Shown here one piece after another: positions 19,360-33,686 of a stretch of DNA of 64,000 bases. The DNA comes from the human T2T-CHM13v2.0 reference genome, Homo sapiens, in NCBI RefSeq assembly GCF_009914755.1, contig NC_060929.1. The stretch is one strand, 5' to 3'. Made by a program: the position numbers and the translations under genes. Within the stretch, counting starts at the first letter, position 1. Every line of letters starts with the position of its first letter. The notes beneath the pieces were generated by a model. It searched no databases, had not been told where the DNA came from, and was given only the letters and a program-made list of their open reading frames with translations.

Positions 19360-21231
19360 AAGTGTTCTGTTCTCTGCAGCTAAACCTTTAACCTAGGCCA
19401 TCCTAAGCCCTAGGCCCATTCCCATTATTATCATCTCATTTAATCACTGATAGAAACAGTTTCAATGATTAGAAGTTATAATACTGCAAAAACAAAAGCT
19501 ATAGCAAAAAACTATATATATGATCAATAGGGCAATAGTTCTTGTGGTGCAGAATCTACACAGTCATCACCTCCCTTTCCTGAAGCAGCAACATTCCTGG
19601 ACTTGGAAGACAAAAGCAACCCTGGAGCAGGGGTTGCAGGGGAGCAAAATAACAACCCCCAAAAAGCGTTACTTCCTCCCAATGACCAGCATCTGCTCCT
19701 TCTTGTTGGCACACAAAGAATTAGGGTGTTAACAGCTAAGATAAAGAGGCCCTGGGTTGATATTAACTTACCTTCAATTTACCTCCAGCTAAATCCCACC
19801 TTAATTGACTTGATACTTTTATTTGAAATAAGTGGTTTAAAACAGTGGGCCGATGAGCCCCAATAGTAAGAAGACTAAGCTTACCTGTGTGTTTGTCTGT
19901 TTGCTTTGCTATTAAATATTCAACAATATATGTGTAGGATTTAAGTGATCATTTTCTCTTGGTATGGATATGAGTGTACTGATAAAGCTGTTCCCATAAG
20001 GGAAATGCTGTTCTCACCAGCAAGCCAGCCTCCAGACTCTTTCAAAAGAGCATTAAATTGCGTCCTTCATGGATTTAGACGGCAGAGATAGCGTTTCTGT
20101 TTAATCATCTGCTCACCACAAAAGGAAGGCACACTAACTTCTGCAGGAAAAGTGTACATTAAATTACTTCTGAGGCTCCCCAAAGATTAAGGCTGGTAGG
20201 TTTGGGATTGCATTACAATTAAGTAATAATGAAAGAGAAATCATGTCTTTTGATCAAATAATGCATTAATCCTACCCTACACTGAGTAACCTTATTCACT
20301 CTCTGGGAATGTTGACTTTTTGAGGTAATTTTTATTTCTCATTCCGCAGGACAGGAAACAGGGACAAAGAAAAAGAGAACGGCAGGCATCAAGGAAGACA
20401 ATGGGAGGAAAAGTGCCCTGGAAAGCTGCCTATTAGGAATTAGTATTCATCACAGCATAGAGAAAATCCCAGGTGGTTTTAATGGAAGGGTGAAGTCATT
20501 CCTTAAGAGTCAGCACACACAAAGCATTTTCTGCAGAAAAATACATTTTGCCCATGAACCCCAAATTCATGGGACCTACTACCTTGGAGAGGGCCAGGTT
20601 GCAGTTTATGGATCCTCTTTACTACATAAGACCAGGGTTCACTAAGCAATTAGCAGAACATCCAGACTCTCCAGGGAGGTATTTGAGGACAAGTTTTTCA
20701 AGCACTTTAGAAGCATTTATATATACCTAACATGCCATTAATCATTCTTATCTGTTCATTAAAGCACTCTCCCTTAGGACCTCCACTTGCCAGTTCTTTC
20801 TCAGCCTGGTGCTTTCTATCTATATACCTGAAAAGTAGTCCATTTCTTTTCAAATATATTTTATAATTAAAATATTTCACTAATTCACATGGGTGTGCTC
20901 CACCAATTACTCTGCATTTTCAGAGTTTTATTAAATATACAGAAAGGCCATTCTCCTGAGGGTCTTTGTAGAGACTAACCAGGCAATTCAAGCTTGGTTT
21001 CGGAATACACTTTCAGCATCTGAGAGGTTTTAGAGCCATTACTCACGTCGTGTTATCAACCTCTTGTCTGTATCCACACAGGTTGCCTTCTTCTGTCCCC
21101 ACCAAAAAGGAAGTGCAATTTTAATTCACTTTGTGATCTAACTGATCTAAACTAAAGGTGGAGGGGAAATCAGATACTGTAACATCGGAAAGCAATCAGT
21201 TTGAAATGTTATGTCCGCAGGGATTTGACTA

Positions 21232-21405
<174 letters not shown>

Positions 21406-21439
21406 TTATGAGATGGATATAATAAGTCACAGTGAGTTA

Positions 21440-21635
21440 GTATGTGTTCCCCAGAATCAGATAAGCCTGGGTTTAAATCCTGGCACCAAACTTCTGTTCT
21501 ACCTTGGAGAGGTTATATTACTTCTGAGCCTTAGTTTACTTATTTCTAAAATGGCAATAATATGTACCTCGAAAGGCTTTTGTGAGGATTGAAGGAGTTA
21601 GTGTCAGGCATAGAGTAAGAACTCTATAAATGCTG
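21440..21635 (+). mobile_element. MIR
   Basis: CCTGGGTTTAAATCCTGGC...CTTCTGAGCCTTAGTTTACTTATTTCTAAAATGG. Confidence 0.7.
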
Positions 21636-21802
21636 TTACGTGGAAACCCATTTGAAATGCCACCTACCGTTACATCTATAAGAACAAACCAGGGTGAGGC
21701 AGGTGGGTCACCTCTATTAGGCTGCCATATAGCCACGCCTTAGTTTCCTGAGAAAGCATTTGGGGCTAGGCACACAATTAGTGCTCGAGAAACTATGATT
21801 AT

Positions 21803-22093
21803 GGCTGGGCGCAGTGGCTCACAACCTGTAATCCCAGCACTTTGGTAGGCGGAGGTAGATGGATCACTTGAGGTCAGGAGTTTGAGACCAGTCTGGCCAA
21901 CATGGTGAAACCCGGTCTCTACTAAACATACAAAAATTAGCTGGGCGTGGTAGCAGGCACCTGTAATTCCAGCTACTCAGGAGGCTGGGGCAGGAGAATC
22001 GCTTGAACTCGGGAGGCGGAGGTTGCAGTGAGCCGAGATCATACCTCTGCACTTTAACCTGGGCGACAGAGTGAGACTCTTGTCTCAAAAAAA
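21803..22093 (+). mobile_element. AluS (Sx/Sz-like)
   Basis: Full dimer; TSD AGAAA..ATGATTA. Confidence 0.92.
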
Positions 22094-23473
22094 GAAATGA
22101 TGATTAAGAATTATGTTACATCTCTGGCACCTCATTTGCAGCCGACACCTCAGTTTATAAGACAGTGAGCTTCAAAATGGCATCATAAGGTCTAATATCT
22201 TAGTTTCAAGACCAACCATTTTTTGTGGCAGAATCCAAGCATCCAATGATAACAGAATTTCAATAACCTTTGAGGTGTTTCCTGAGGCTCACTTGATAAC
22301 ATTACTGTATACAGTCCTAAAAGACAAGAAGTGAGCAATTCAAGGTAATCAAATAATCACATGGATGAAAAAACTAAGGATCAGCTACAACAAATATTCA
22401 AGTCCAAATCATGTGCTAAGCATTGTGCTGAGGAAATGAGGATACAGACTATCTTACTTGTCCAATAAGCTGTACTTTTTTGGAAAAAGTTTTCCACTGT
22501 GAACACAGTCCAACCATAATTTCAGTATTCTGATTATGAAACATAACCAGATACAACTCATTATGTAGTACTTAGAACCCCTACTCAAGGAAACTTTAGG
22601 GGTTATTGATTTCTGCTTGTACCACACAATTTAGTGCTTAATCACATATGGTCCACACTGCATCCTGATCTAGGCTGGTGAGTTAAAGACACCGGAGCTC
22701 CTTGGAGGCCAGCATCCAGCATGAACTGGCTTAGGGCTGGTCCAGAACAGACATCCAATTCAGAAAGAAGTGGGTGCTTGAGGGACCTGGCAGTCCATCC
22801 CTGCTCACTGCCATAGGCAACAGCTTTGGAGCATCCCTACTTTAGACAATGGGGTGGAAGTTGTCACATAGTCACTAGTGCTGAGTCCAGGGCTGGCAAA
22901 CAATTACACTCCTGCCACATTCCAGGTTTTGTTTGGCTGCTATCCACATCCAAATAGAGCTGCCTCTCCACATCTGCTTTATGTCTCCAGCTGGAGACAG
23001 AAATGCCCACAGGGAGGAGAAGTCAGACTCAAAATTGTGGGCCTATGGCACTGGCCTATGAAAAGGCAAGGTTATAAGGCATGACTGTCTTTTAAGAGAA
23101 GGTGTCTGCTTGTTTTAAAAAGAGTCCATAAGCTCCCACTCTTATATCTGTTTCTTCGGTCACTCATCTTTGACATCTGTTGACAAAGCTGAGCTACCAG
23201 GAAAAGAGTCTGGGTGGTCAGTAAATATAATCTGAAGGTCACAGTCTCACCATCAGCACCTGCCCCACACTCTGAAGAAGGCAGAGTTGAGTGGAATAAT
23301 GCCGCTTCAGCTGCCACCCGGGAGAGGACTGTGAGGACTGCGGCAGTCACGGCACTCCCTCCCCTGCCCCCCAATGGCTTCTGCACTCTTGATCCAGTGA
23401 TCTAGCTAGGGTGTGTGAAATCTTACAGGGAGAAGGAGCAGGAAAAGAAAATCATATTCGGGACTAAGAATAA

Positions 23474-23816
<343 letters not shown>

Positions 23817-24744
23817 TAAAAATAAACAAGGTAACTCCCTATTCTCCATAAGTAATCCTCTTCTGAATGCAGAGCCACTTTCCAGAGACTGCAGAAAACA
23901 GCGAGTGGATTTTTGGAATTTTTAAAAACCAGCCATAGAAATTTAAGCTAGAACTAGAAAGACATTGCTTCTTATTCTCATTAATTTTGTCCTACTTATC
24001 TACTATCAAACATTGCTCACAGAGTAAACACACAGAGCAAGGTCTACTTTTCTCCCTTTCCATGTCTCCTAGCTCACATAAACGAAAAACAGCAAGATAA
24101 TCCAAATCTATTCTAGTTAATGTACAGATGTCAACTCTTGGAGTTATGAAATACATAAGCCACAAAATCTGGTATTTAACTTTTAATCTGCTTTGTAATC
24201 TAAGATCAATTATGTTTTATGTTTTGGTACTAATGGGTAGCATTAAAATAAAATATATTCATTTCAACTGTGATTTTGGCAAGCGCCAAATCAGTTCATA
24301 AGAGGATGCACCAAGACTGCTGGTTTCTGGGTTGTGTTTCAGGAGGCCCAAGATCCAAGCCTGGAGCTTGGCCTGGAGTTGCCACTGGTTTTATCTGGTT
24401 TGTGTTTATATTTCCTGTAAGATTGTATCTGGAAACAGGAAAACTCTGGAAACAGGAAAACACATGAGCCAGGCCAACTACTGAAATACTCCTGGGCAGC
24501 TTGTTTGTAAAGTTTAGCTCAGTCTGTCTACCACTAGCTGTGATTTCATTTGCACTGTGGATGTGTTTTAGATGTCATTTTATACTTAACGGTGATTGAC
24601 AATTCATTATATCTACAGCACCAACAGCCTGGAAATTTACAGCTCAAGTTTTATGACAGTTCAGTTCATAAAAAGGAATTAATATTGGGTCTAAATCAAT
24701 TTTGATTATCTGTCTAATAATCAAATAGAGACTATCTATTTGGT

Positions 24745-24985
24745 TAACACTTATATAGCAATTACGATGTGTCAGGCACTGTTCTAAGCACTTCACAGGT
24801 ATTAACTCATAACCCTCCTTTTTCTACTCCATGATGGGGGCAATGATTATCCCTCAATCAGATGAAAGAGGAGATGGGGTCACAGAGAGGTTAAGGACTC
24901 TGCCAAGGCCATGTGGCAGACAAGTGGCAAAACTGAAATTCCAAGTCAGGCATGTAGACCCACGACATCTATTCTCTTAACTCCC
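24745..24985 (-). mobile_element. MIR
   Basis: TGTGTCAGGCACTGTTCTAAGCACTT...CACAGAGAGGTTAAG. Confidence 0.75.
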
Positions 24986-27900
24986 ACCTGCTGCTGCCTG
25001 TCTGTTTTGTTTTGTCCTGCCTGTTTTGTTTTGATAAACAGTTGTTTTTAGTATAATGGGGAAAATCTAGAGACAGTAAGATAGGAGGCCCTGGCCCCGA
25101 GACTCTCCTTTCCTCTGAAAGCTGCCACGAGCTACTCTCCTCCTCATGGCTCCAACCAAGGGCAGAGAGCCAAGCTGCTCACCCTTAATTCCCACATTCT
25201 ACCCCGGGATGGGGGCCCCTGGGCAGACTCTCCTCAGTCCTCACTGCTGCTCTATTTATGGGCTAAGAAAAAATACGGTAGAAGGAAAGAAGGGAGGGAG
25301 GGAGGGAGGGGAACCATAAAAAGATGCACAGAATCCCAGGCCGATGCCCCTCAGCTCACGGAGAGCACCAGCATCATAAGGCTAGTCACTCTGGAGAAGT
25401 AAATCTGTTAACAAATTAATTACTCCTCAAATTCAAATAGTCCTACTGGCCTTCAGATAGAGGCAAATGCAAGAATCTCCCCATTATAGAATTGGGAAGG
25501 TGCCATCCATAAGGTCACAAATCCCCTTTTAAACCTAGAGCTCCTTTTGAGATCAATTTAGATTAATAAGTTTCATTCAATCCTTGCTAAGCCCTAAGTA
25601 TTAATTATAAATCTACCTAGGACTGTCCCCATATAAAGAGCTGAGACTACCTTTTGTTCCAAACAAGTCATAAAGTACACTGACTTGATGCTTTAACCAT
25701 CTTGTTTGGAAGGGAGGTGTTTCATTGCTTCCCCTGTGGTTTCCTACCAGAGCTTCAACAGACATTCCCCCAGTCAGGAGAACCTGGTGCTAACCTGGCT
25801 GCCGCATAGATAGGACACCAGAAGACCAGAAGGTGGACGAATCCACCCAGGTTCAAGGACAAATCAGTGGCTAGGCCTAAACTGGAACCCAGGCATCCTG
25901 CCCCCAGGGCAACTGTTTGGTTCCTTATATTATGGCACACTTACATCTAGAGTGGGAGTTTGGATTCTTTGTTTAGATAGGCAGATTTTGCTTTTCTCAA
26001 TGCTGAAGGACCTCCACTAGATTGTCTACCTCCTTGTGAAAACCACAGGATTTTCAGGTGTTCTAAAATAAGCTAATATCTGTGCTATTATTTATCTGTA
26101 TTTAGAATTACAGAGGTATTACAGGTTAGTATGATGTAACATTCCAAATACTGACTTGCTTTTTGAAGAAAGCTGAAAAAGCATGAAATAGGAATGCAAA
26201 TTGTTAGGGAGAAATAGGTATTCATATGAAAATACCAAAATCTGCCCCACCCAGAGAACGCACACAGGCATGTAAGCTGTCTTTATTGACCAAGTTCATA
26301 GGCCAGAGAGAAGCAATCCCATTAAACTGGCAATGGGTTTAATACAAACTTCTCTTTCTATTCCAGGAAACAGCCCTGTTGGGAAGAATGGGAATTCTGG
26401 CCCTCAGAGTTTCGGTGGCATTGTTCATCCATTCTCTCTCTCAGCCTCTCTCCCAGAACTTGGTAACTTTACCAGACTAGCCATTAAGGATTAGCCATAC
26501 AGAAATGGCTTCTTTTTGTAATCAACAGGACCAGAAATTACAAAGATGATTTGGCAGAACCAAGCAATGCCACCCAGCCTTGAAGAGAACAGTCAGATTT
26601 GTGACCCTGAAGCATCTGCATTCTCAACCTTTCCAAATGAAAAAGTGTCTGCCCTACACACACTGTAGGTGTGTAGCATTTCATACATGGCATGTTGGCA
26701 ATCAACATATAAAAATCAACTGGGATTCTGGAATTCCAAATACTGACTGAATACAACGTGGAATTCTCTTCTGCATGTCTGCTCAAATTTAAAGGGGGAA
26801 AAAAAGCCACATCAACCCCAGCGTGAAACCAGGAGGCTGTACGGGAACCTCTCAAAGGCTTACGACCCTAGTTTTGATATGTGAGTGTTTTAGAAAAAAA
26901 GAAAGTGGTACAGATTTCCTAAGACAGTCCCTAAAACACCAACCCAGGGAAATTAGGCATGGAGATATAGCAAGCTAACGTTGCAGCAAGCCCTAATGAA
27001 GTTAAATTGCATTTCCTATTAATTATCTACTCTATATCATTAGTTAATTCTTCCCCAACACTTGATAAATTAGATGGCTACATTATTCTATGTGCCATGT
27101 ATAAATCTCTATTCCTATTTACTCTGACGTTTAACACAGACACACATGTGACTTCCAATAACCTTTATCCTTACAACCTTCAGCTCATACCTCTTAAGAA
27201 CCACATGCTCTTGATTGCAGTTCTATTTTATTGGAAATTCCATGCCTTATGTTATGCATTGAGACAGAAAATGTAAAGAAAGATGTGCTCTTGAAATATC
27301 TAATTGCATTAAGCTAGGAAGCACACAACTAACCGCACATAAGCAACTCAAGAAGGTTGAGTTTGCAGAGAAACACTCAAACAAGGCAAGGTAGGAGTTA
27401 AGGTAGTTTTATGAAACAATGACTATTCAATGCTAGTCTCTGAATATAGTGTTAAGTCAAACAAAAGATCATAACGTGAAGGTCACATTTAAAAAGTCCT
27501 ACGGCCCTTAGTAAAAGGAAAAAAAGTCCTCAGTGACTGACTGGTCATGGTGGAAAAATCCAACCTCCTCTTCCCTCACCCACCTCCAGGGCACAGCCGA
27601 AAGGATAAAAGTTCTCCTAATACCCAGAAAAACAAGCTGGCCTTTTCCAGAAGAAAAAGAGCTTTCCTAGAATCAACAAAAATTGAGGATGATCATAAAA
27701 GTCTAAGAGAGAAAAAAGCACTAGGACAACTCTAACGAGCAATTTAAATACATTACATCAAAGTGGACTATTTTCTTATGTGAACTTTGGCTCAGTCTGA
27801 AGTCTTTGGAGAGGGTGGTGCCTTTTTTTCCTAGGATGGGAGGGAAAAAGCGAACATTTAGCAGAGTATGGCAGAAATGGTCTAGTGATGCTGCAGTGCC

Positions 27901-29702
27901 TCCTTCTCACAACGCTAAGATGGGAAGCAGACACGTGCCCTGTAGGGCATCTGCTCGTATGTCCGGCTTGAGCTCCTGCCTGAGAGTTGCTGTGGCTCTG
28001 GAGTCTCAGAAGCTGCATCACTCACACCTCCGACCATTCCCTTCCCAGGTGGACCCCCCGCCAACCAGACCCAGAGTCTGTCCTGGGGGCCAGAGGGGCA
28101 GGCACAGAAACTGGCGCCTGGCTCCCAGGATTAAGAAGACACTATTAAAAAGCATCGCTGGTTTCCCCTAAATTTGGCAGTAGGAAAATAACTTAGGACT
28201 TTCAAGAAGAGTCCTAGTCGCTCACTGATCCGTCTTTTCCCCTCACAGATTGTGACACAGGCCCATTCCCGGTGAACATTTTGGCTGGCAGTTACTTCAC
28301 CACCTATTGAAATTCTGTTTACGTTTGGCCCAGAGAACCTGGACGGATGTTTGTATCTCGGGGGCCCCATCTAGTACAATTCCTGGTGCACAGGCTTGCA
28401 ACAAATTTACGAAGGTAACAGACCAAGCTGCCGGCGCTGTTTTTCACTGGAGGAAAGCTCGGCGGAAGCGACACCTAGAGGGGAGCGGCGGGCTGTGGCC
28501 GCGCCATTCATCAGTGTCGGCGGCCCGCGGCCGCGAGCGAGGGCTGCTGGACAGCGCCCCGGCACCCGCTCTCGAGCCGCGACACCGACCTCGCCGGGCC
28601 CGCCCCGCTGACCCGCGCACTCCTAGTGCACTTGCCGCGCCGCGCGGAGGCTCGCCGCGCTCTGGAAAACAAGAAACCCCACTGCCTCGGCGGCTTTCCG
28701 CTCCCGCAAGAGTTGCGGGCACAAAGTCCTCAGGTGGCAGGCCTGGGGTTGGCGCCGCTTTGTCGGCTGCAGGGAGCCCCAAAGACTAGCGTCAGCTCGT
28801 CCCCAAACTCGAGGCGACAGGCGCCGAAAGCAGAGTGCTGTGCCTGCCTCGTCCAGGTCCCTCCTGAAACTCAGAACTCGTCTTTGTTTTGCGGGCGCAA
28901 AGAGGGCGGAGATCATCCACAGTGCAAGCTCTCTTAGGACCAAGCCCCCAGCCCGAACGCTGAACGCCCCCAACACACTGCTCCCTAGACACGTTCAAGC
29001 GGGTACCCCGGGCCGCTCACTCTGGACCGCGGCCGGCTACGCACAAGCAGCGCCGCAGGCTGCCTGGAGTCGGGTCGTGCCCTGATTCCTTCCTCCCCAG
29101 CCTCACATGCGGCGGACCCCGGGGAAGCCAGGGCCAGGCGAAGCGCAGCGGGCCCTTTGGGCTGCAGCGAGGAGACGCAAGTTTCCCCGCAAAGCCGCGG
29201 GGAGGAGGTGCTGAGAATGCCTGCCCGGCGCCCCAACCCGGAGCCAAGGGCACCGGGCCCGGGCCGAGGGGCCGCGCTCGCCTGGCTCCGCCGGGGCCGC
29301 TCGGGGTCCTGAACCCAAGAACGGCGCCTGCAGGATTTCGGAGCCGGGCGCGAGCTGCGGGCTCGGCCCGAGCGCTTCTGCGTGGCGCCCGGCGTGCCAA
29401 CCGGGTCACTCCGGTCCCCACCGTAGACCCCGGCCACGAGCCTCGGCGTCCCAGCCTCTCCTCGAGTCCTGGCCTTGGCCGGGGTAGCCCTGCCGAGCCC
29501 TGGCCCAGCGGTCCCTTCCCCGCGGGCAAACTTGGCTTTCCCGGCGCGGGCAGTAAGGACAAGCAAGCGCCCGCGCCGGGCCCTGCAGCAAGATGCGGGG
29601 CCGCGGGCGCCAGGACCCCAGTGGGGTGCAGCGGGACCGGCTGGTGGCGGCGCCAGCGACATGGCACCCTCCCCGCGCCCGCTGGGAGCTGCGCCCGCGT
29701 AC

Positions 29703-29930
29703 CTGAGACGGCCGGGGCCGAGGGGAAGACCAGGTGGCCGGACTTGGGCGGGAGGGAGGGAGCACCCCGTGGCGGCGGCGGCGACCCCGCCCCGCGTCCT
29801 TCGGCTGGTTTCTCGGGCTGTCGGCGGGTCCCGGGCTCGCTGGAGGCTGTTGAGGCTCCAGCTCCCTGAGCCGCCGCTGCCCGCTGCTGTGCCACCGCCG
29901 CCGCGGCTGCCCTATTTCTGCCGCCGGGAC
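29703..29930 (-). other. Probable non-coding first exon of an unidentified minus-strand gene (TSS approximate)
   Basis: Donor CTCAG|GTACGC at 29703/29702. No ATG in the exon. Lies directly downstream of the CRE/GC/CCAAT cluster. Confidence 0.65.
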
Positions 29931-29938
29931 CGGAGCCC

Positions 29939-29983
29939 GTGACGTCACCCTCTGGGCCCCGCCTGCCCAATCGCCGCCACCTG
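29939..29983 (-). promoter_or_regulatory. Core promoter motif cluster: palindromic CRE, GC box, CCAAT box, E-box
   Basis: GTGACGTCAC 29939-29948, CCCCGCC 29957-29963, CCAAT 29967-29971, CACCTG 29978-29983; no TATA box. Confidence 0.75.
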
Positions 29984-32900
29984 TGCGCGCCGCCCGCCCG
30001 CCAGCCGGTCAGACCCGCGCGGCGGCCACGGCAGGTGCGCGGAGCAGGCGGGCGCGCACGCGGGGCGCGATGACTCGGGAGCGCTGGGGCCATCTAGGGC
30101 CCGGAGGGAGGAGGGCCAGCGTAGCGCTCCTGCCTCTGGCTAGCGTGGAGCTCGGCAAGTGACAGCCCCTCTTCACCTCTGCTCTCCTCCAGGCTCCTTT
30201 CCGGGCCAGGTTCCCCAAAGCTGTGCTCTCCAGGCGCACAGGGGGTCTCTGAATCCGCGGCCATTGCTCGTGGAGTCCAGGCGGGCCGGTACACCACAGC
30301 AGGAGAGCTGTCCCTGGGGACAAAGTGGGTGAAATCCCCCGCCGTTGAGACCCAACAACCTGGGAAACAGCAAAGGTTTTCTCTTTTCTGAATCTTCCCT
30401 CTTCCAACTACAGAATCTTAAGACATTCAGGGCATACAGGGGCAATCCCAAGTGACATTTGCCTACCTGACCTAGCTGGGCCCAGAGGGTCCCTTCTCCC
30501 TTAGAACAGGATATTTCCCCATCCTGATCCCATCCCCAAGCCTGGGGCTCCCAAACTTTTCTGAATCCCTCTTTAACATCAGCAGCTTTTGAGATCAGTC
30601 TTCCTTCCCGAATGAACTGGAAACACCTTTGTAACAACTAGGGGCCCATAAATGGTCATACGTAGCCTCAGTCTGGCAGGAAACTTAGGAGGGAGCCCCT
30701 ACCCAGGCCAGGCTGATGGCCAGGAGACTTTCTGAGGGCCTGCCTCCTGCTCTGGCTGCGTGGGCACCAGGGGCCTTCCTGGCTTAGGTGAACAGTGTTC
30801 TGTCCATGCCTCTGTAATCTCTCCTGGCCGGGGGGAGGTGACAGAGGGGATTTTTCTGAGGATGAAGTTAGTTAAATATAAGGAAAAGGGGAAGAATAAT
30901 GGAAGGCTGACCTGAAGAAAGAGATATTACGTTTGTTTTTTCCTTCCACAGATTTTCCTGCCGCTGAACCCCTCCAATGCAGCAGGCACTGTGCTATTAA
31001 TAGTTGCTAGAGATACAGCAGTGAATGGGCCAGCGCGGTCTTGGCATCACACAGTTTTGGTCTGGGGTCCAGCTCTCCCTCTATCACTGCCAAGCTATGT
31101 AATGCAGAGCCAATCGTATCTCTACTGTAGGTATCAGTTTCCCCACTTGTAAAATGAGGGGTTGGACAAAACCTGGTTGACTTCCCATGTGGATACCATG
31201 ATTTTTACTCAGAAGGATAAAGGCTACTACATCCTCAGTGACCCTGGGCCCTAGCCAGTGTGATCCTCTCTCAGATTTGACTATGAATCTTTGCCAAGGC
31301 CACCATGACTGAACTTCTGGGGCTGGCTAGGGGCCAGATTCTCCATGGCAGGACTGGGGAAGGGATGGCACTTTTCATCTTGGGAAACAGAAAAGAGAAA
31401 ATGAGTATAAAAGGAAGCAGGGAAGTTTGGAAATGTGCTGTGCCTCCCTCTGAAATGTAATTCTAAGTCTGTGGTCAGGAACGTACACCATGGCTTAGAG
31501 GCTGGATTCGGCTCTCCTCTAAGACATGAGGTATTTGGAAAAGCAGATTTCTATTCTCAGCTCTGATCACAAAGTCCCTGAGTCAGCCTAGTGGCCTTAT
31601 TACATAATCAAAGCAGGACTTTGTGTATTTTTTGTTTTTTAGTAACTCAAGGTCATATGTAAATCAGGGTCTATAGGTTGACCAAGATCAGAAATAGCTC
31701 TGTTTAATGCAGTGAACAGGCACTGAACTTCTACACGCTTCCCAAAGAAGGAGAAGAAGGTAGTTGCTGCAAACCAGATGTATGGAATATTCCTTAGAGA
31801 GAATGCTAACATCTGAAGTGAGCTGTTTAACTACTGTGCATAAAATAAGAGTGAAATTAAAAGTCACCTCGGAATGAGAAAGGTGAAGTGTGAATGACAA
31901 AATAAAACAAGGCTCCAGGGAAGCAGCATCAGATGCCAGTAACCTTGACACCTCTTTGAATTGCTCTGTGCTTTTACCTCTCAGTGTAATTTTTTGTTTA
32001 ATAGTACACCCCAAATTGGAAAATAGGCTAGATTTCACACTGAGAATTTCAAAATTTGCCTGAAACCCTGTTTCAGAACTTGCAAGCATACTGATTCTCA
32101 ATAGCCAACTAGGATTCTTAGGGGAAATAATGGTTAAGTTTTGAACTTCATGTAATTCAATAAGCTTGGAATAGGGGAGCTAAAAGGAAACATAAATTCC
32201 AGTTACTGCCCCCCAGCCCCACTCTGTTTTTGGTGAGTGGTTCAGCCAGAGACACACATAAAAACATTATTAATATACTTTTACAAGATCAAAAAGTTTA
32301 AGCAACCCAAATATTTTTTTACGTTGCTGGTTTAAAATCTTTTTTCTATTTCTAATCCTTACCAAAAACACAATATAATGAAAAACTACTGCCAAATGAT
32401 GTGTGTCTCTTAGGACATTTCAGATTACACCTGCATATCAGGATACTCAGAGATGACACATAGCCATGGGAATCAGGAGGAAATAAGGCACTTTCTCCAG
32501 ATCCAACCAAAAGTATCTGCATCACTAACTGTGGGTCAGCTTACCCTTGGGAGTCCCCACTAGGCTGGTCAAACAGTGCCTAGAAATACCCATTAGAAGC
32601 CAGACTGGGAAGTCATGTGAGAAGGTGGGAAAAGGCAGGAAAGAGTCTTCCTTGTCTTGCATAATTTAACGTTCTGCTGCCTGTTCAAAAAATGTTTTTG
32701 TAAATCTTCAAACCAAACCATGCAGTTTACTGAAGAGCCAGCCCTGTGCTTAGGAGAGCCCTGGATGGGAGGCACAAGGATGGGGTCTCTCTCCCGCCTC
32801 AGCCTCTAGGGCTCAGTGAGCCTGGGAGAGTCACACCTTTCCCAGAACTTGTTTTCTCTTAAGTGGGAATTGGGAATGGGTACATGGGAGGCAGTCATAC

Positions 32901-33685
32901 TAAACGACATGTCTAAGGCCATTTTCAGTTCTAAAGGTCTATGCCTTTATTTTGCCTGTATTTATAGAAGTTCAGTTATTCTGATCTAAACAGAGCTATG
33001 ATGTTGAAGTTTTCCTCTAAGTCTAATATTAATGCTTATTTTTAAGATGATAATTCATTAATCATCTAGAAATTAAGGGAATGTAGGCAGTAAGTTCAAG
33101 ATCCTAGACTTAAGATTACACATACATAATTGTTTTTAACTTTATTTCAGGGAGAAAAGTAGCTAGCATGGAGATAAGGTATTCATTCAAGGGACAACTG
33201 TGATTGGGGAAATTTTTCGAGACAAAGAAGAAGTGGTATAGAGTAGGAATTTTAATGAAGAAGTTGGGATAAATGAGAAGATGCAGTGATGGAAAGGGAA
33301 TTGTGAATGGTAAAAATGGAGGGAGATGAACATAAAACCCTCACCATGGCATTGTTACCAAGGCAAATTCCCAGCAAACTCACAGGGGCTGGATTGATGG
33401 CACAAGGGGACCAAGAAAGGTGCTGATAACAGGAGGAAACTGAAGTCTGCTACTCTTAAGAATGTATTGTTTACAAGGGATAATTGGGGATGAGATGGCC
33501 AGGCCTACAGCCACAAACTATCATACCCTACTGAGTATAGGCAAAAGGGATGAAAGAGGGAACATATTAAGAGGAGAGTGAAAAGAGGGGCCAATTTCCT
33601 TTCTTTGAAAGGGACAACATAATTTTTATCATGACCCTGTTTTCCAACTCACCAGTATAGAATCATAAATAATGTGAAAATCTAA

Positions 33686-33686
<1 letters not shown>

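Larger units (their letters stand above)
28430..30290. promoter_or_regulatory. CpG island
   Basis: ~1.9 kb of very GC-rich, CpG-dense sequence in a CpG-depleted background. Confidence 0.95.

Noticed and set aside
24428-24461. Short tandem duplications (TCTGGAAACAGGAAAAC x2; also a ~21-bp repeat at ~7422-7475) and a small hairpin at ~24722-24742
   Set aside because: Ordinary slippage or chance-level features with no sign of function.
29703-29930. Assigning a gene symbol to the minus-strand gene
   Set aside because: No coding exon is recognisable in the window and I do not recognise the UTR. A BLAT search is needed.
28307-30637. Many Arg/Pro/Gly/Ala-rich ORFs of 100-358 aa
   Set aside because: Stop-codon depletion is expected in a CpG island. 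The ORFs overlap in multiple frames and contain no recognisable domains.
30931-30951. Strong plus-strand splice acceptor (TTTGTTTTTTCCTTCCACAG) suggesting a divergent lncRNA
   Set aside because: It coincides with a degraded L2 tail and has no convincing partner donor, so it is unsupported without RNA data.
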